Sequence record: SRR31156797_9179
Strand: one strand, 5' to 3'
DNA: 64,000 nt
Part shown: piece after piece, positions 39,613 to 50,000 of the stretch
Layout: the number at the start of each line of letters is the position of its first letter
How positions within the stretch are numbered: position 1 is the stretch's first letter
Notes under the pieces: generated by a model
Told to the model about the DNA's origin: nothing
The model's input: the letters and a program-made list of their open reading frames with translations, nothing else
Database searches by the model: none
Position numbers and translations under genes: made by a program

Positions 39613-40116
39613 CTATTTCATGTGTTTTAAATTCACTGCATACATGATGATAAATAATATTGAAAACCCACCACCAATCATTGTATTTGTCAGCATTGCA
39701 TTAAAATCAATTAAGGCAAGAGGGATTAATAGACCGAATAAGTTCGCAAAAGTATACAAGTAAAAACCATTCTTCATTAATTTAAACATCATAAAAACAC
39801 CAATAAGGCTTAAAAGTGCGAATAAACCATAGGCACCTGTAATCATACCTAAATTGTTAGACATAGCCTCTAATTCTACAAGTTTATTTACTGCGCTATT
39901 GTAAAGATATCCAGAATCACTGCCAGAATCTTCCATCATTTCTACAGCTTCAGTTAATTGTTCTACTTGTTTAGGATAAGCATTCTCAAATGTAAAAAAA
40001 GTATACGCCCAGAAAATTAATCCAGCACCACTACCAATAAATGATAGTATGCAGATAACAGTCAAGAAAGTTGGTCTTTTTTTAGGCAGTTCAATAGTAG
40101 TTACATTTTCTTCCAT
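39613..40116 (-). CDS. Hypothetical 4-TM membrane protein (paralog B)
   Basis: KRPTFLTVICILSFIGSG...MMFKLMKNGFYLY...FIIMYAVNLKHMK. Confidence 0.8.
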   Translation of the reverse strand: MEENVTTIELPKKRPTFLTVICILSFIGSGAGLIFWAYTFFTFENAYPKQVEQLTEAVEMMEDSGSDSGYLYNSAVNKLVELEAMSNNLGMITGAYGLFALLSLIGVFMMFKLMKNGFYLYTFANLFGLLIPLALIDFNAMLTNTMIGGGFSILFIIMYAVNLKHMK

Positions 40117-40153
40117 AATTAAATAGTTTTTTGGGGATAAGTAATAAAATATA

Positions 40154-40636
40154 TTAATTCATTTTTTTAAGGTTGATAGCGTAAAGGGCAATAAATAGAA
40201 TTGTAAATACGCTAGAAAATAGAATTCCAATATTAATAAGTGGGTTGAATCCAATGAATATAGGAGCTGCAAAAAGCATTAATACCTGAGCCGTAGCATA
40301 AATATAGAATCCCATTTTTTTCATGCGAAACATGAGGATGGCTCCGGTTAAACTTGCAGCATACAAAAGAAATTCAGTTAAGGAGATAGCAAACATGTGA
40401 TCGATAGCCTTTTCAGCCATACCAAATGCCATTTCAACAATTTTTCTTGCAAAAGGTTCATCAATTTCGTCTAATGCATAGTTATAATCTGTCATGTCGA
40501 ACATTTGCATGAAAGGCGACATGATCATTGCAATTAGTTTATTTACTAATCCCAGTCCACTGCCAATAAAGGTAAGAATACACAAGGCTGTTAATAGTCC
40601 GGGTCTTTGTTTTGGATTGGTCTCAACAATTTCCAT
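40154..40636 (-). CDS. Hypothetical 4-TM membrane protein (paralog A)
   Basis: QRPGLLTALCILTFIGSG...LMFRMKKMGFYIY...FIALYAINLKKMN. Confidence 0.8.
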   Translation of the reverse strand: MEIVETNPKQRPGLLTALCILTFIGSGLGLVNKLIAMIMSPFMQMFDMTDYNYALDEIDEPFARKIVEMAFGMAEKAIDHMFAISLTEFLLYAASLTGAILMFRMKKMGFYIYATAQVLMLFAAPIFIGFNPLINIGILFSSVFTILFIALYAINLKKMN

Positions 40637-41076
40637 AGGTTTTGATTTATAGGTTTCGAGTTTGATTTTGCATTTATAAATTTACAATAAACAAGTTAAG
40701 TATGAAAAAGATGTACTCCTAATTAGATTTTATAAAGGAAAATCAGGATAAGTTCAGATTTTTACACGATAATCATAACTGAAAATACTTGGGAGTGATG
40801 TAGAAACATGATAATTATCGCATTTAAGCATTGCTTTCTATTATATGCTTTATAAATGTTTGTTTAGGTATGAATTAAGCAAAGAATAATTTTTTTAATA
40901 TCCTGATTTGTCTAATTTTGAACCTGCACTTTAGAAATAGAATTATTGATTAAATTTTGTGGTGCATTATCTTTTCAAGGGGGATTAAATTTCAGTAAAC
41001 ATGGGGCTTTAACCCTTTAAAACACTAACAAAACATTAAATCATTCCGAGTGAAATCGGGAAAAAGACAAACAACA

Positions 41077-42357
41077 ATGGAAAGAGATATACAAATTTTC
41101 GACCTAATTGATCAGGAATACCTTCGTCAGAAAAATGGTATTGAATTGATTGCTTCTGAGAACTTCGTAAGTCAGCAAGTAATGGATGCGATGGGATCTT
41201 GTCTAACTAACAAGTATGCTGAAGGATATCCTGGAAAGCGTTACTATGGTGGTTGTCAGATTGTAGATCAGACAGAGCAGTTGGCAATTGACAGAGCATG
41301 TGAGCTTTTCGGTGCAGAGTATGCAAACGTACAGCCTCACTCTGGTGCACAGGCAAATGCTGCAGTATTTTATGCTTGTATGAAACCAGGTGATACTTTC
41401 TTGGGATTAGATTTGGCTCATGGTGGTCACCTATCTCACGGTTCTCCTGTAAATCTTTCAGGTAACCTTTACAATCCGGTTGCTTATCATGTAAATGAAG
41501 AGACTGGTTTAGTTGATTACGATGAGGTAGAAAAATTGGCTTTAGAGCACAATCCTAAAATGATTGTTGCTGGTGCTTCAGCTTATTCTCGTGATTGGGA
41601 TTTTCCACGTTTACGTGAAATTGCTGATAAAGTAGGTGCTATTTTAATGGCAGATATTGCTCACCCAGCAGGTTTAATTGCCAAAGGATTGTTGAGTAAT
41701 CCAGTTCCTCACTGTCATGTTTGTACTACAACTACACACAAAACTCTTCGCGGACCTCGTGGCGGTTTGATCATTGTAGGAAAAGATTTCGAAAACCCAT
41801 TCGGAGCTAAAACTCCTAAAGGTGTTACTAAAATGATGTCTGCAGTATTGGATTTTGCCGTATTCCCAGGACAGCAAGGTGGACCATTAGAGCATGTAAT
41901 TGCTGCTAAAGCAGTTGCTTTTGGTGAAGCTTTAACGGATTCATATAAAGAGTATGCTATTCAGATGCAGAAGAATGCAAAAGTAATGGCTGAAGAATTC
42001 ATCAAATTAGGATATAAAGTAGTATCAGGTGGTACTGATAACCACTCTATGTTGATTGATTTACGTTCTAAATTCCCAGATATTACAGGTAAGAAAGTTG
42101 AAAATATCTTGGTTGAAGCTGATATTACTATCAACAAGAACATGGTACCTTTCGATACTCGTTCTCCTTTCTCAACTTCAGGTTTACGTGTTGGTACTCC
42201 AGCAATCACAACTCGTGGTTTAAAAGAGGAGCACATGCCAGTTATCGTTCAAATGATTGATGAGGTGATCTCAAATATCGAAAACGAAGAGGTAATTGCT
42301 TCGGTTCGTACTCGTGTAAATGAGATGATGTGCGAGCGTCCAATGTTTGCTTGGTAA
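41077..42357 (+). CDS. glyA: Serine hydroxymethyltransferase
   Basis: [46 protein letters not shown] 41077 preferred over GTG 41050. Confidence 0.97.
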   Translation: MERDIQIFDLIDQEYLRQKNGIELIASENFVSQQVMDAMGSCLTNKYAEGYPGKRYYGGCQIVDQTEQLAIDRACELFGAEYANVQPHSGAQANAAVFYACMKPGDTFLGLDLAHGGHLSHGSPVNLSGNLYNPVAYHVNEETGLVDYDEVEKLALEHNPKMIVAGASAYSRDWDFPRLREIADKVGAILMADIAHPAGLIAKGLLSNPVPHCHVCTTTTHKTLRGPRGGLIIVGKDFENPFGAKTPKGVTKMMSAVLDFAVFPGQQGGPLEHVIAAKAVAFGEALTDSYKEYAIQMQKNAKVMAEEFIKLGYKVVSGGTDNHSMLIDLRSKFPDITGKKVENILVEADITINKNMVPFDTRSPFSTSGLRVGTPAITTRGLKEEHMPVIVQMIDEVISNIENEEVIASVRTRVNEMMCERPMFAW

Positions 42358-42381
42358 ATCAAATAAACATCATATAATTTT

Positions 42382-42417
42382 AAGAGGCTGTCATGTTTGA
42401 CAGCCTTTTTGTTTTTT
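42382..42417 (+). terminator. Intrinsic terminator
   Basis: AGGCTGTCA-TGTT-TGACAGCCT followed by a T-rich tail. Confidence 0.85.
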
Positions 42418-42471
42418 AACATGTTGAGATTCAATTTTTATCTGTAGTTTCGGACTATAAAATCTTTTGTT

Positions 42472-43242
42472 ATGGAATGGTATTTTTATGTTTTTATTGT
42501 TTTGGTAGGAGTTTTTTCAGGGTTTCTAAACACTTTGGCTGGCAGTGGTTCGGTTATTAGTTTAGCAATGCTAATGTTTATGGGCTTACCTGCTAATGTC
42601 GCGAATGGTACTAATCGTATCGCTATACTCATGCAAAACATAGTTGGAGTTACCAGTTTTAAAAAGCAAAAGGTTTTCACCTTTAAAGAAGGGATATGGT
42701 TGGCACTACCTGCAATTGTTGGTTCTGTAATTGGCGCAAGCTTAGCAGTTGAAATCAACGAAGATATTATGGAGAAAACCATTGGTGGACTTTTGGTATT
42801 TCTATTCTTTATTGTTCTTTACAAGCCCGATGCTTGGGTTAAGGGACAGGCAGGATTGATTCGTTCAAAGCCTAGTTTTTGGCAAATAATTATCTTCTTT
42901 TTCATTGGTTTGTATGGGGGTTTTATACAAGCGGGAGTTGGTTTTTTCTTACTATCAGGATTGGTTTTGGGTGCAGGATTTGATTTGGTTAAAGCCAATG
43001 CAATAAAAGTTTTCATCGTACTTCTTTACACTCCATTTGCCATTGGCGTTTTTATCATGAATGGTCAAATTGATTACAAAATTGGTTTTATTTTAGCCGC
43101 TGGTAATATGATTGGTGCTTATATTGCTGCGAACTTTGCAGTAAGCTGGGGTGCTAAGTTTGTGCGTTATGTTTTATTAGGAGTAATTGTATTTGCTTCC
43201 CTTAAATTTATGGGAGTATACGAAATGATTGGATTGTTTTAG
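42472..43242 (+). CDS. TauE/SafE (TSUP) family transporter
   Basis: GFLNTLAGSGS, ANGTNR, GLYGGFIQAGVG; about 8 TM. Confidence 0.88.
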   Translation: MEWYFYVFIVLVGVFSGFLNTLAGSGSVISLAMLMFMGLPANVANGTNRIAILMQNIVGVTSFKKQKVFTFKEGIWLALPAIVGSVIGASLAVEINEDIMEKTIGGLLVFLFFIVLYKPDAWVKGQAGLIRSKPSFWQIIIFFFIGLYGGFIQAGVGFFLLSGLVLGAGFDLVKANAIKVFIVLLYTPFAIGVFIMNGQIDYKIGFILAAGNMIGAYIAANFAVSWGAKFVRYVLLGVIVFASLKFMGVYEMIGLF

Positions 43243-43305
43243 TAGTAAGTTCGAGCCTTGAGAGAAAAAATATTTAATATACTTTAGGCGCTCAATTACT
43301 TGTAA

Positions 43306-44250
43306 CTAGTTCAATTGAAAATGATAAGTAATTGTTCCTTTCTGATAAGCAGGAGCGCCACTGTCGGAATTGAATTTTGCCTTTAGTGCAGCTTTTTTTG
43401 CAGCTTCAAAAAGAGTGGAATTACTGGTTGTTGAACCTGGCATTCCCGGACGAGCACTTACTACTTTCCCATTTTTATCAACCGTAATTTCTACCACCAC
43501 TTTTCCACTTTCCTGTAAGTTGTACTGAGGCTTTGGTATAGATAGGGAATTACGTCCTTGCAGGTCGTAGGAGACCCCTTTATTACCTAATCCTGTTCCA
43601 CTATAGTTGTCAGAGTTAGTTGAGCCTGTAGGCTCTCCCTGATTGCCTGATGGAAATGTTTTTCCCTGTGAGCTATTTGAAGAGGTTCCTTGTCCGAAAA
43701 CATTTTTTGCTTTGTTATTTATGGCATCAATTTTTGCTTGACGTTCGGCTTCTTCTTTTCTTTTGCGTTCGATCTCAGCCAATCTTTGTTTCTCGGCTTC
43801 AGCTTCTCTTTGCTTTTTTAGTTCTTCCTGACGGTTTTTCTCTCGTTCAATTTTATCCAACCGATCTTTTTCAGCTTTGTCTTTTCGTGCTTTTTCTTCT
43901 GCAGCTTTCTTTTTGGCTATTTCTTCAGCAGAAGGAAGTTCAGGTGCATCTTCGGTATCCTGAGTTAACACTTTTTCTTGCACATCACTGGCAGCAGGTT
44001 TCGATTTTGGAGGTGTGGGTTCAGGAATCGAAGCCGGTGGTGTAGAGGCTATTTTTTTTTGAGCTTTTGCAGGTGCAGGATCTCTTCTTCCGGCACCCTG
44101 ATTTGTATTTCCAAAATTTACAAGAATCCCTTCCTCTTCGGGTAAGGGAAGAGGTGTGTGAAATCCTAGAATATACAGTAACACAATTAATCCAATATGG
44201 AAAAAAAGTGTTCCTGCTACTCCTATTCTCTTGCTTTTGGAATTCTCCAT
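43306..44250 (-). CDS. TonB/TolA-like energy transducer
   Basis: N-terminal TM with His, Pro-rich and K/E/A-rich linker, C-terminal GKVVVEITVDKNGKV domain; follows exbB-exbD. Confidence 0.85.
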   Translation of the reverse strand: MENSKSKRIGVAGTLFFHIGLIVLLYILGFHTPLPLPEEEGILVNFGNTNQGAGRRDPAPAKAQKKIASTPPASIPEPTPPKSKPAASDVQEKVLTQDTEDAPELPSAEEIAKKKAAEEKARKDKAEKDRLDKIEREKNRQEELKKQREAEAEKQRLAEIERKRKEEAERQAKIDAINNKAKNVFGQGTSSNSSQGKTFPSGNQGEPTGSTNSDNYSGTGLGNKGVSYDLQGRNSLSIPKPQYNLQESGKVVVEITVDKNGKVVSARPGMPGSTTSNSTLFEAAKKAALKAKFNSDSGAPAYQKGTITYHFQLN

Positions 44251-44252
44251 AT

Positions 44253-44645
44253 TTACTTTGCTCTTGTAGCTAAAATTAATTTGTACTTGTTGTTTTTAGC
44301 AATGTTCATCACTTTTACCACTTGCTCCATTGGTACCGATTTATCCACGTGAAGTGAAATAGTTGGATCATCTTCTCGTGCTAATTTTCTCTGCAACTTG
44401 TTTTCCAATTGAGAAAAAGGTACCGGAGTAGTTTCCAAAAAGAAATTAAAATTCTTATCGATAGAAACTGTAGTGATTGGTTTTGCTGCCGTTTGATTAC
44501 TACTTTTTGGTAATAACAACTTGAGAGCATTTGGACTGATAAGAGTTGATGTGACCATAAAAAATATCAGTAACAAAAACACAATATCAGTCATGGATGA
44601 CATGCTGAAAGTTGCATTGACTTTATTTCTGGTTTTAAGTGCCAT
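44253..44645 (-). CDS. exbD: ExbD/TolR family protein
   Basis: SMTDIVFLLLIFFMVTS. Confidence 0.9.
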   Translation of the reverse strand: MALKTRNKVNATFSMSSMTDIVFLLLIFFMVTSTLISPNALKLLLPKSSNQTAAKPITTVSIDKNFNFFLETTPVPFSQLENKLQRKLAREDDPTISLHVDKSVPMEQVVKVMNIAKNNKYKLILATRAK

Positions 44646-44652
44646 GCGCTAA

Positions 44653-45363
44653 TTACTTGATAGGTTCATTCAATAAATCCATAAATTCGGTTGTAGTAGC
44701 CTCCATATTGAATACTACCTTTTCAACCTTTGCTACCAAAATATTGTAAGCAAAATAGGCTATAATACCTACAGTAAGACCAGCAACTGTGGTCACCATA
44801 GCCTGATAAATACCACTTGATAATAATCCAACATCGATATTGTTACCTGCGTTCGACATGTCGTAGAATGCCTGAATCATTCCCATTACTGTTCCAAGGA
44901 AACCAATCATTGGAGCAGCACCAGCTACAGTTGCAAGTGTTGGAAGGTTTTTCTCAAGTTTTGATACTTCAAGATTTCCAATATTCTCGATTGCAGCATG
45001 AACATCGTTTAATGGACGTCCAATTCTCTTGATTCCTTTCGAAATCATTCTTGATACAGGAGTATCGTTAGTTTGACAAAGTGCCAGGGCAGAATCGATT
45101 TTTCCATCGTGAATGTAATCTCGAATGCGATTCATGAAGTTAGAATCAGCTTTAGCTGCCTTTCGAATTGCGAAATATCTTTCCAAAAAGATATACATGG
45201 CAATTACCGATAAGGCAAAAATAGGAATCATTATCCAGCCACCTTTAAAGGCTAAATCAACAAAATTTAAGGTCATTTCGGTAGCTTCAGCTCCTTGCTC
45301 TTCTATAGGTAATTCATTTTGAGCCATATCTTGCATTCCTGCAATAATCGAAAGGTAGTTCAT
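44653..45363 (-). CDS. exbB: MotA/TolQ/ExbB proton channel
   Basis: GGWIMIP, APMIGFLGTVMGMI, AMVTTVAGL. Confidence 0.9.
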   Translation of the reverse strand: MNYLSIIAGMQDMAQNELPIEEQGAEATEMTLNFVDLAFKGGWIMIPIFALSVIAMYIFLERYFAIRKAAKADSNFMNRIRDYIHDGKIDSALALCQTNDTPVSRMISKGIKRIGRPLNDVHAAIENIGNLEVSKLEKNLPTLATVAGAAPMIGFLGTVMGMIQAFYDMSNAGNNIDVGLLSSGIYQAMVTTVAGLTVGIIAYFAYNILVAKVEKVVFNMEATTTEFMDLLNEPIK

Positions 45364-45394
45364 ATTTACTATTTTCTGGTTTAATCTAACACAT

Positions 45395-45430
45395 AAAAAA
45401 ACGAGATATAATACAGAATATTATATCTCG
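45395..45430 (-). terminator. Intrinsic terminator of nhaD
   Basis: Perfect stem CGAGATATAATA/TATTATATCTCG with a T7 tail on the minus strand. Confidence 0.75.
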
Positions 45431-45485
45431 CTAAATTAATATTATTGTTTTTTAATCCCCATACAAAACAAGGGAATTTCAAACT

Positions 45486-46874
45486 CTAATGTAATAACAT
45501 TGCTTGAAGGTAATATACACCCGCACCGGCAAGGTATCCGATAAATGCAAGAAGAGTAATTTTCTTCAAGTACCAGATGAAATCAATTTTTTCCATACCC
45601 ATTGCAGCAACACCGGCAGCCGAACCAATAATCAACATCGATCCACCTGTACCAGCACAATATGCAAGGAATTCCCAGAATAAACCATCCTGAACAAAGT
45701 TAGAAGCATAACCAACAGCTTCGGCTCCTTCAATTGGATACATACCCATTGCAGCTGCAACTAATGGTACATTATCAACAATTGAAGAAAGAACTCCAAT
45801 AATCAAGTTAATGATATAGATATCGTGAACATTTTTATCCAACCATGAGGCAAGAATATCTAAATGACCTGCAGACTGCATACTTGCAACAGCAGTAAGA
45901 ATACCTAAGAAGAATAGTACTGTAGGGACATCAACTTTTTTAAGAATCCCTGTTACATTCAAACGACTCTTAAATTCATGATCTTTGTTTCTGTGCATAA
46001 TTTCAGTAACTACCCACATAACACCCAAACCAAATAACATACCTAAGTATGGAGGTAAGTGTGTTGTAGTTTTAAATACTGGCACAAATAGTAAGGCAGA
46101 TACACCAAGACAAAGGATGAATACTCTTTCCTTATGAGTAGTGTATTCTTTATCTTCACCTTCAGCAATCTGAGGGCGAGTAATATGACCTTTTAAATAA
46201 GTACTCACGATGATTAGAGGTACAATCATTGTGAATAAACTTGGAACAATTACTCGTGTAATGATATTGATAGTAGTTACTTGTCCACCAATCCAAAGCA
46301 TGATTGTGGTAACATCACCAATTGGAGACCATGCTCCACCGGCATTCGCTGCCAATACAACCATTGATGCAAAGAACCAACGATCTTTCTGATCGTCAAT
46401 AAGCTTACGGATTAATGCAACAATTACAATTGTTGTAGTTAAATTATCTAATGCTGCCGACATAAAGAATGTTAAAACACTTAATATCCAAAGCAATTTT
46501 ACTTTGTTAGTGGTTTTAATCTTATCGGTGATAATTTTAAATCCTTGATGTTGATCAACAATCTCAACAATAGTCATAGCTCCCAATAGGAAGAAAAGAA
46601 TTGTAGAAATTTCAGAAAGGTGATGAAGAACTTCGTGGTGTGTAATGAAGTCTAGCATACCATGAGCATTATCCATTCCTGGGTTAATTGCAACATATTC
46701 GTTCCAGGCTCTACTTACGCCAGTTGAAAGAATGTCGACACCACCGAAGACATAAATTGTCCAGGTTAATACCCCAATTAAAAGAGCAGACGCTGCTTTG
46801 TCAATTTTTAGTGGATGTTCAAGAGCAATTGCTGTATACCCAAGAACAAAAACCACAACCATTAATGCAAACAT
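45486..46874 (-). CDS. nhaD: Na+/H+ antiporter NhaD
   Basis: FFLLGAMTIVE, LDNLTTTI, NAGGAWSPIGDVTT, SSIVDNVP, GTGGSMLIIGSAAG. Confidence 0.92.
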   Translation of the reverse strand: MFALMVVVFVLGYTAIALEHPLKIDKAASALLIGVLTWTIYVFGGVDILSTGVSRAWNEYVAINPGMDNAHGMLDFITHHEVLHHLSEISTILFFLLGAMTIVEIVDQHQGFKIITDKIKTTNKVKLLWILSVLTFFMSAALDNLTTTIVIVALIRKLIDDQKDRWFFASMVVLAANAGGAWSPIGDVTTIMLWIGGQVTTINIITRVIVPSLFTMIVPLIIVSTYLKGHITRPQIAEGEDKEYTTHKERVFILCLGVSALLFVPVFKTTTHLPPYLGMLFGLGVMWVVTEIMHRNKDHEFKSRLNVTGILKKVDVPTVLFFLGILTAVASMQSAGHLDILASWLDKNVHDIYIINLIIGVLSSIVDNVPLVAAAMGMYPIEGAEAVGYASNFVQDGLFWEFLAYCAGTGGSMLIIGSAAGVAAMGMEKIDFIWYLKKITLLAFIGYLAGAGVYYLQAMLLH

Positions 46875-47035
46875 AATAATCGATTATTTTTTAGGTGAAT
46901 TAAATTTTTTGTCGATAAGGTGCTAATATACTAATATTTGTTTGTCTAAATTGGGAAACAATTAAAGAAAAAAATCCTTTATTAAGACTGTTAAAAAACA
47001 CTGATTAGAGTGTTTTATAGGATCACATATGATAT

Positions 47036-50000
47036 TTATTTATCCTTTTGATCCTTCTTATTGCCTTTCAAAAAGGAAATGTATTTTTTTAATAGACCTG
47101 AAAATGTATTGAAATCTTCTTTGTAAAAAATACCAATCCCTTGTGTATTTCTTGAATCTTCATAAACCAAGTATTCGTTGGATCGTGTAAAAGCCGTCAA
47201 TTGTAATTTTCCTTTTTTATCTAATTTGATATTCACATCTACATCACCAACAATATCATTATCTCTTTCCTGGTTGTTACCAGTTCCAACATTTCCATTA
47301 ATGGTTACTTTGTCGTTAAATATTTGGGTAGATAAGGCAAGTTCTATTTCATCACTAGTTAAATCATCACCTGGTCGATAACTTACTCCAATATCAAAAT
47401 CATTACTAATTTGGCTAAGCCAATTGGATAATTGATTGGATAGTAGCTCGCTAGTGGTTACCCCAACAGCATAGCTGGAATTTTTATTCTCGAAATTAGG
47501 ATCGGTTGAACGCAAATATTCAGGAGTATAAAAGCGGTTTAGTACCAATAGAGATAGGATTTGCTTGTTCATTTCATCTTCGGTAGAGAACAATCCTTCT
47601 AATATACTTTGCGTCTGCTGATCAAGAGTTGGAAAATCGATATTGAATTTGATAATAGGATTGTCTAACCTTTGACTCAAATTCATATTACATTCAACTG
47701 GAATTTTACGTGTATTATCGATGTATGGTGTATTCAATAATAAATCGTATAAAGTGGTTTTTACATTGTACACAGCATTTATATTCACAGTTGCGTCGTA
47801 AGGATCACCATTCCACTTAATATTACCACCATTTGCAAGGTCGAATTTTTTATTTATTACATTTTGTAGTGTAAACAAATAACTACCTTTTTGAATTGTA
47901 TAATCTCCAAATATTTTGAATTCTCCTTTGGTATCGATTTCTAATTTTAGGTTACCATTTCCTTTAGCCTTAAGAATGTCACCAATTTTAGAATCGAATA
48001 TTATCTGAATATCGGTTTCCGGAGTGATTTCCAGATCGCAGTTCATTTTGATGCCCGAAAGATCAATTTTATAATCCTCTTGTATATTTGTTTCAACAAC
48101 TCTATTGGTATTAACAAAGGTGATAAAATTACTTTCTTGAATATCGCCGCTGCTATTAAGTGGAATATTTATTCTTGTATTTTTTTCTGTTTTAGCAGTA
48201 ATTTCAATATCTAAATCATTAACTGGTCCGTACAAAGCTGTTATTCCAGTCATGTAAGCTTGACCATAAAATAATTCGTTGTCGGTTATTTTTGTATCAA
48301 GAACATTGAAATTTAATGTGTTGATCTGTAAATCAAAGTTGAAGTTATTAAAGTTGTCGTGAGTGATTGCTCCAAATATTGCTGCGCTATTTTTATTTTG
48401 ATCCTTAATCTGAAATTCGTTAAACCTTAGTTCTGAAGGAGTAATGATAATGCTGTCGTTGCAGGTATAGGTGGTTTTAAGTTGATTGATGGTGAATTCA
48501 CTCTCCTCAAACTTTAATTTACCTGTTGGTTTTAAGGCATTAGTTTCGCCTTCGATATGAATAGAACCTGTTGCATTACCTTTAATATTCGAAATATTCT
48601 CTTGCAAGTAAGGATTTAAAAGATCCATTCTAAGACTATCAATATGAATGTCCATATTAATAGAATCGGAGTCAGGAAAATATGCACCCTGTACATCCAA
48701 TTCTTTTCTGGATTTAAAATCAGTAAAAGAGGAGAAGCTAAGTTTTTTTTCATACTTATCCCAATCACTAATCATGTATAAATTCCCCAGGGTATCTTGA
48801 TTTAAGATTAAATCTTCGATTAATACATTGGAGTTGGATAGGCGATCACCATAAAAATCTGATATTTGTACATAACCTCTAACTTTACCATTAATGCCAA
48901 TATTTTGTTCTCTTGCTAAATCGTTTAGGTTTTGTAAGCTAATATTATGAATTCTGAAATTGATGCTATCATTCGGGTTAGTCGAAATTTTACCATCTAA
49001 ACCAAAATATTGATTTTCACGCGCAATTCTAAAATTATCAATTTGATAACTAGTACTATCTGCGACAAAATGAGATTTTTGAATGTTCCATACACTATCA
49101 GCCATAATAATGGTGCTTGGTAAGAGATTTACATTCCAAATTGGATTATTTGTTTTTTGTGATTTTTTCACCTTTCCTTCTGCTGATAAAAAACCACTAT
49201 AGGTAACTTGATCCCAATTGTTCCAAAGAACATCTAGTTTAACTTTATTTTTTCCAGCAGTAATTTTTTGGGATAAATTATAAAGTCCAAAATCTTCTGA
49301 AAATAACAATTGATTTGTTCTTCCTTTCAAAATTAACTCTTCCTCTGAAGTCGATAAATCAACTTTTAATTCGTCAAATGTTTTACCATCTATAATTAAA
49401 CTGGAGGAATTAAAGTGCATGTCAAGTTTGTGTTCAAGAGCAATAATTTCGCCATTAATCGATGTTCCAGGAGCTATGCTTATACTTGGGTAAAGAACTG
49501 AGGTAATTGGTTTGGTATCTTTTAAATTTAAGGAAAATTTAAAATTGTTTATACTGTCTATTTTTGTGTATTCCTTATCTGGAGCATAAGCAGGCAAATA
49601 GTAATAGGTTAAATTAGCTATTGATGATACTAGTTTTCCAACCTCATAATTTCCTTCCACCTTCATATCTGATACGTCAGAATTTAAGATGATTCGCTTT
49701 AGTTTTGGAGAGGTAAATGAATTGATAGTAAATTTATCAAGCATAAATTCTCCCAGGCTATTTTTATAATTAGTATTATTTATTTCGATTATACCATTGG
49801 CATTATCTAAACCACTACCCGTAAAGTTTGCATCTACAGACAAACTTAGTTCTGCTTTTTTATCCTTTGTATTTAAATGTAGAGGGAACAGTTTAGCATG
49901 ATTCAAATGAGAACTAAATTTCATAGTAGGAATTTTTTGTGAAAAGTCTACTTTACCTGAAAAATCGAAACCAATATTCGGGTCTTGAATGGATATTTTA

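Noticed and set aside
40765..40825. Fur box-like GATAAT motifs
   Set aside because: Only partial matches in very AT-rich DNA, and the flanking genes are not iron-related.
40740..40909. 11-bp inverted repeat AAATCAGGATA/TATCCTGATTT as an invertible promoter or MITE
   Set aside because: The repeat is short, no recombinase is nearby, no target duplication is visible, and the glyA -7 element lies outside the segment. Likely chance, although read mapping could test inversion.
40921..41076. ZTP (pfl) or glycine riboswitch before glyA
   Set aside because: The conserved GACTGG..GGGGAGC..CGCCTGGG and GGAGA..CTCAGG motifs are absent.
43720..43930. Repetitive GAA/AAA-rich DNA
   Set aside because: Explained by the K/E/A-rich helical linker of the TonB/TolA protein.
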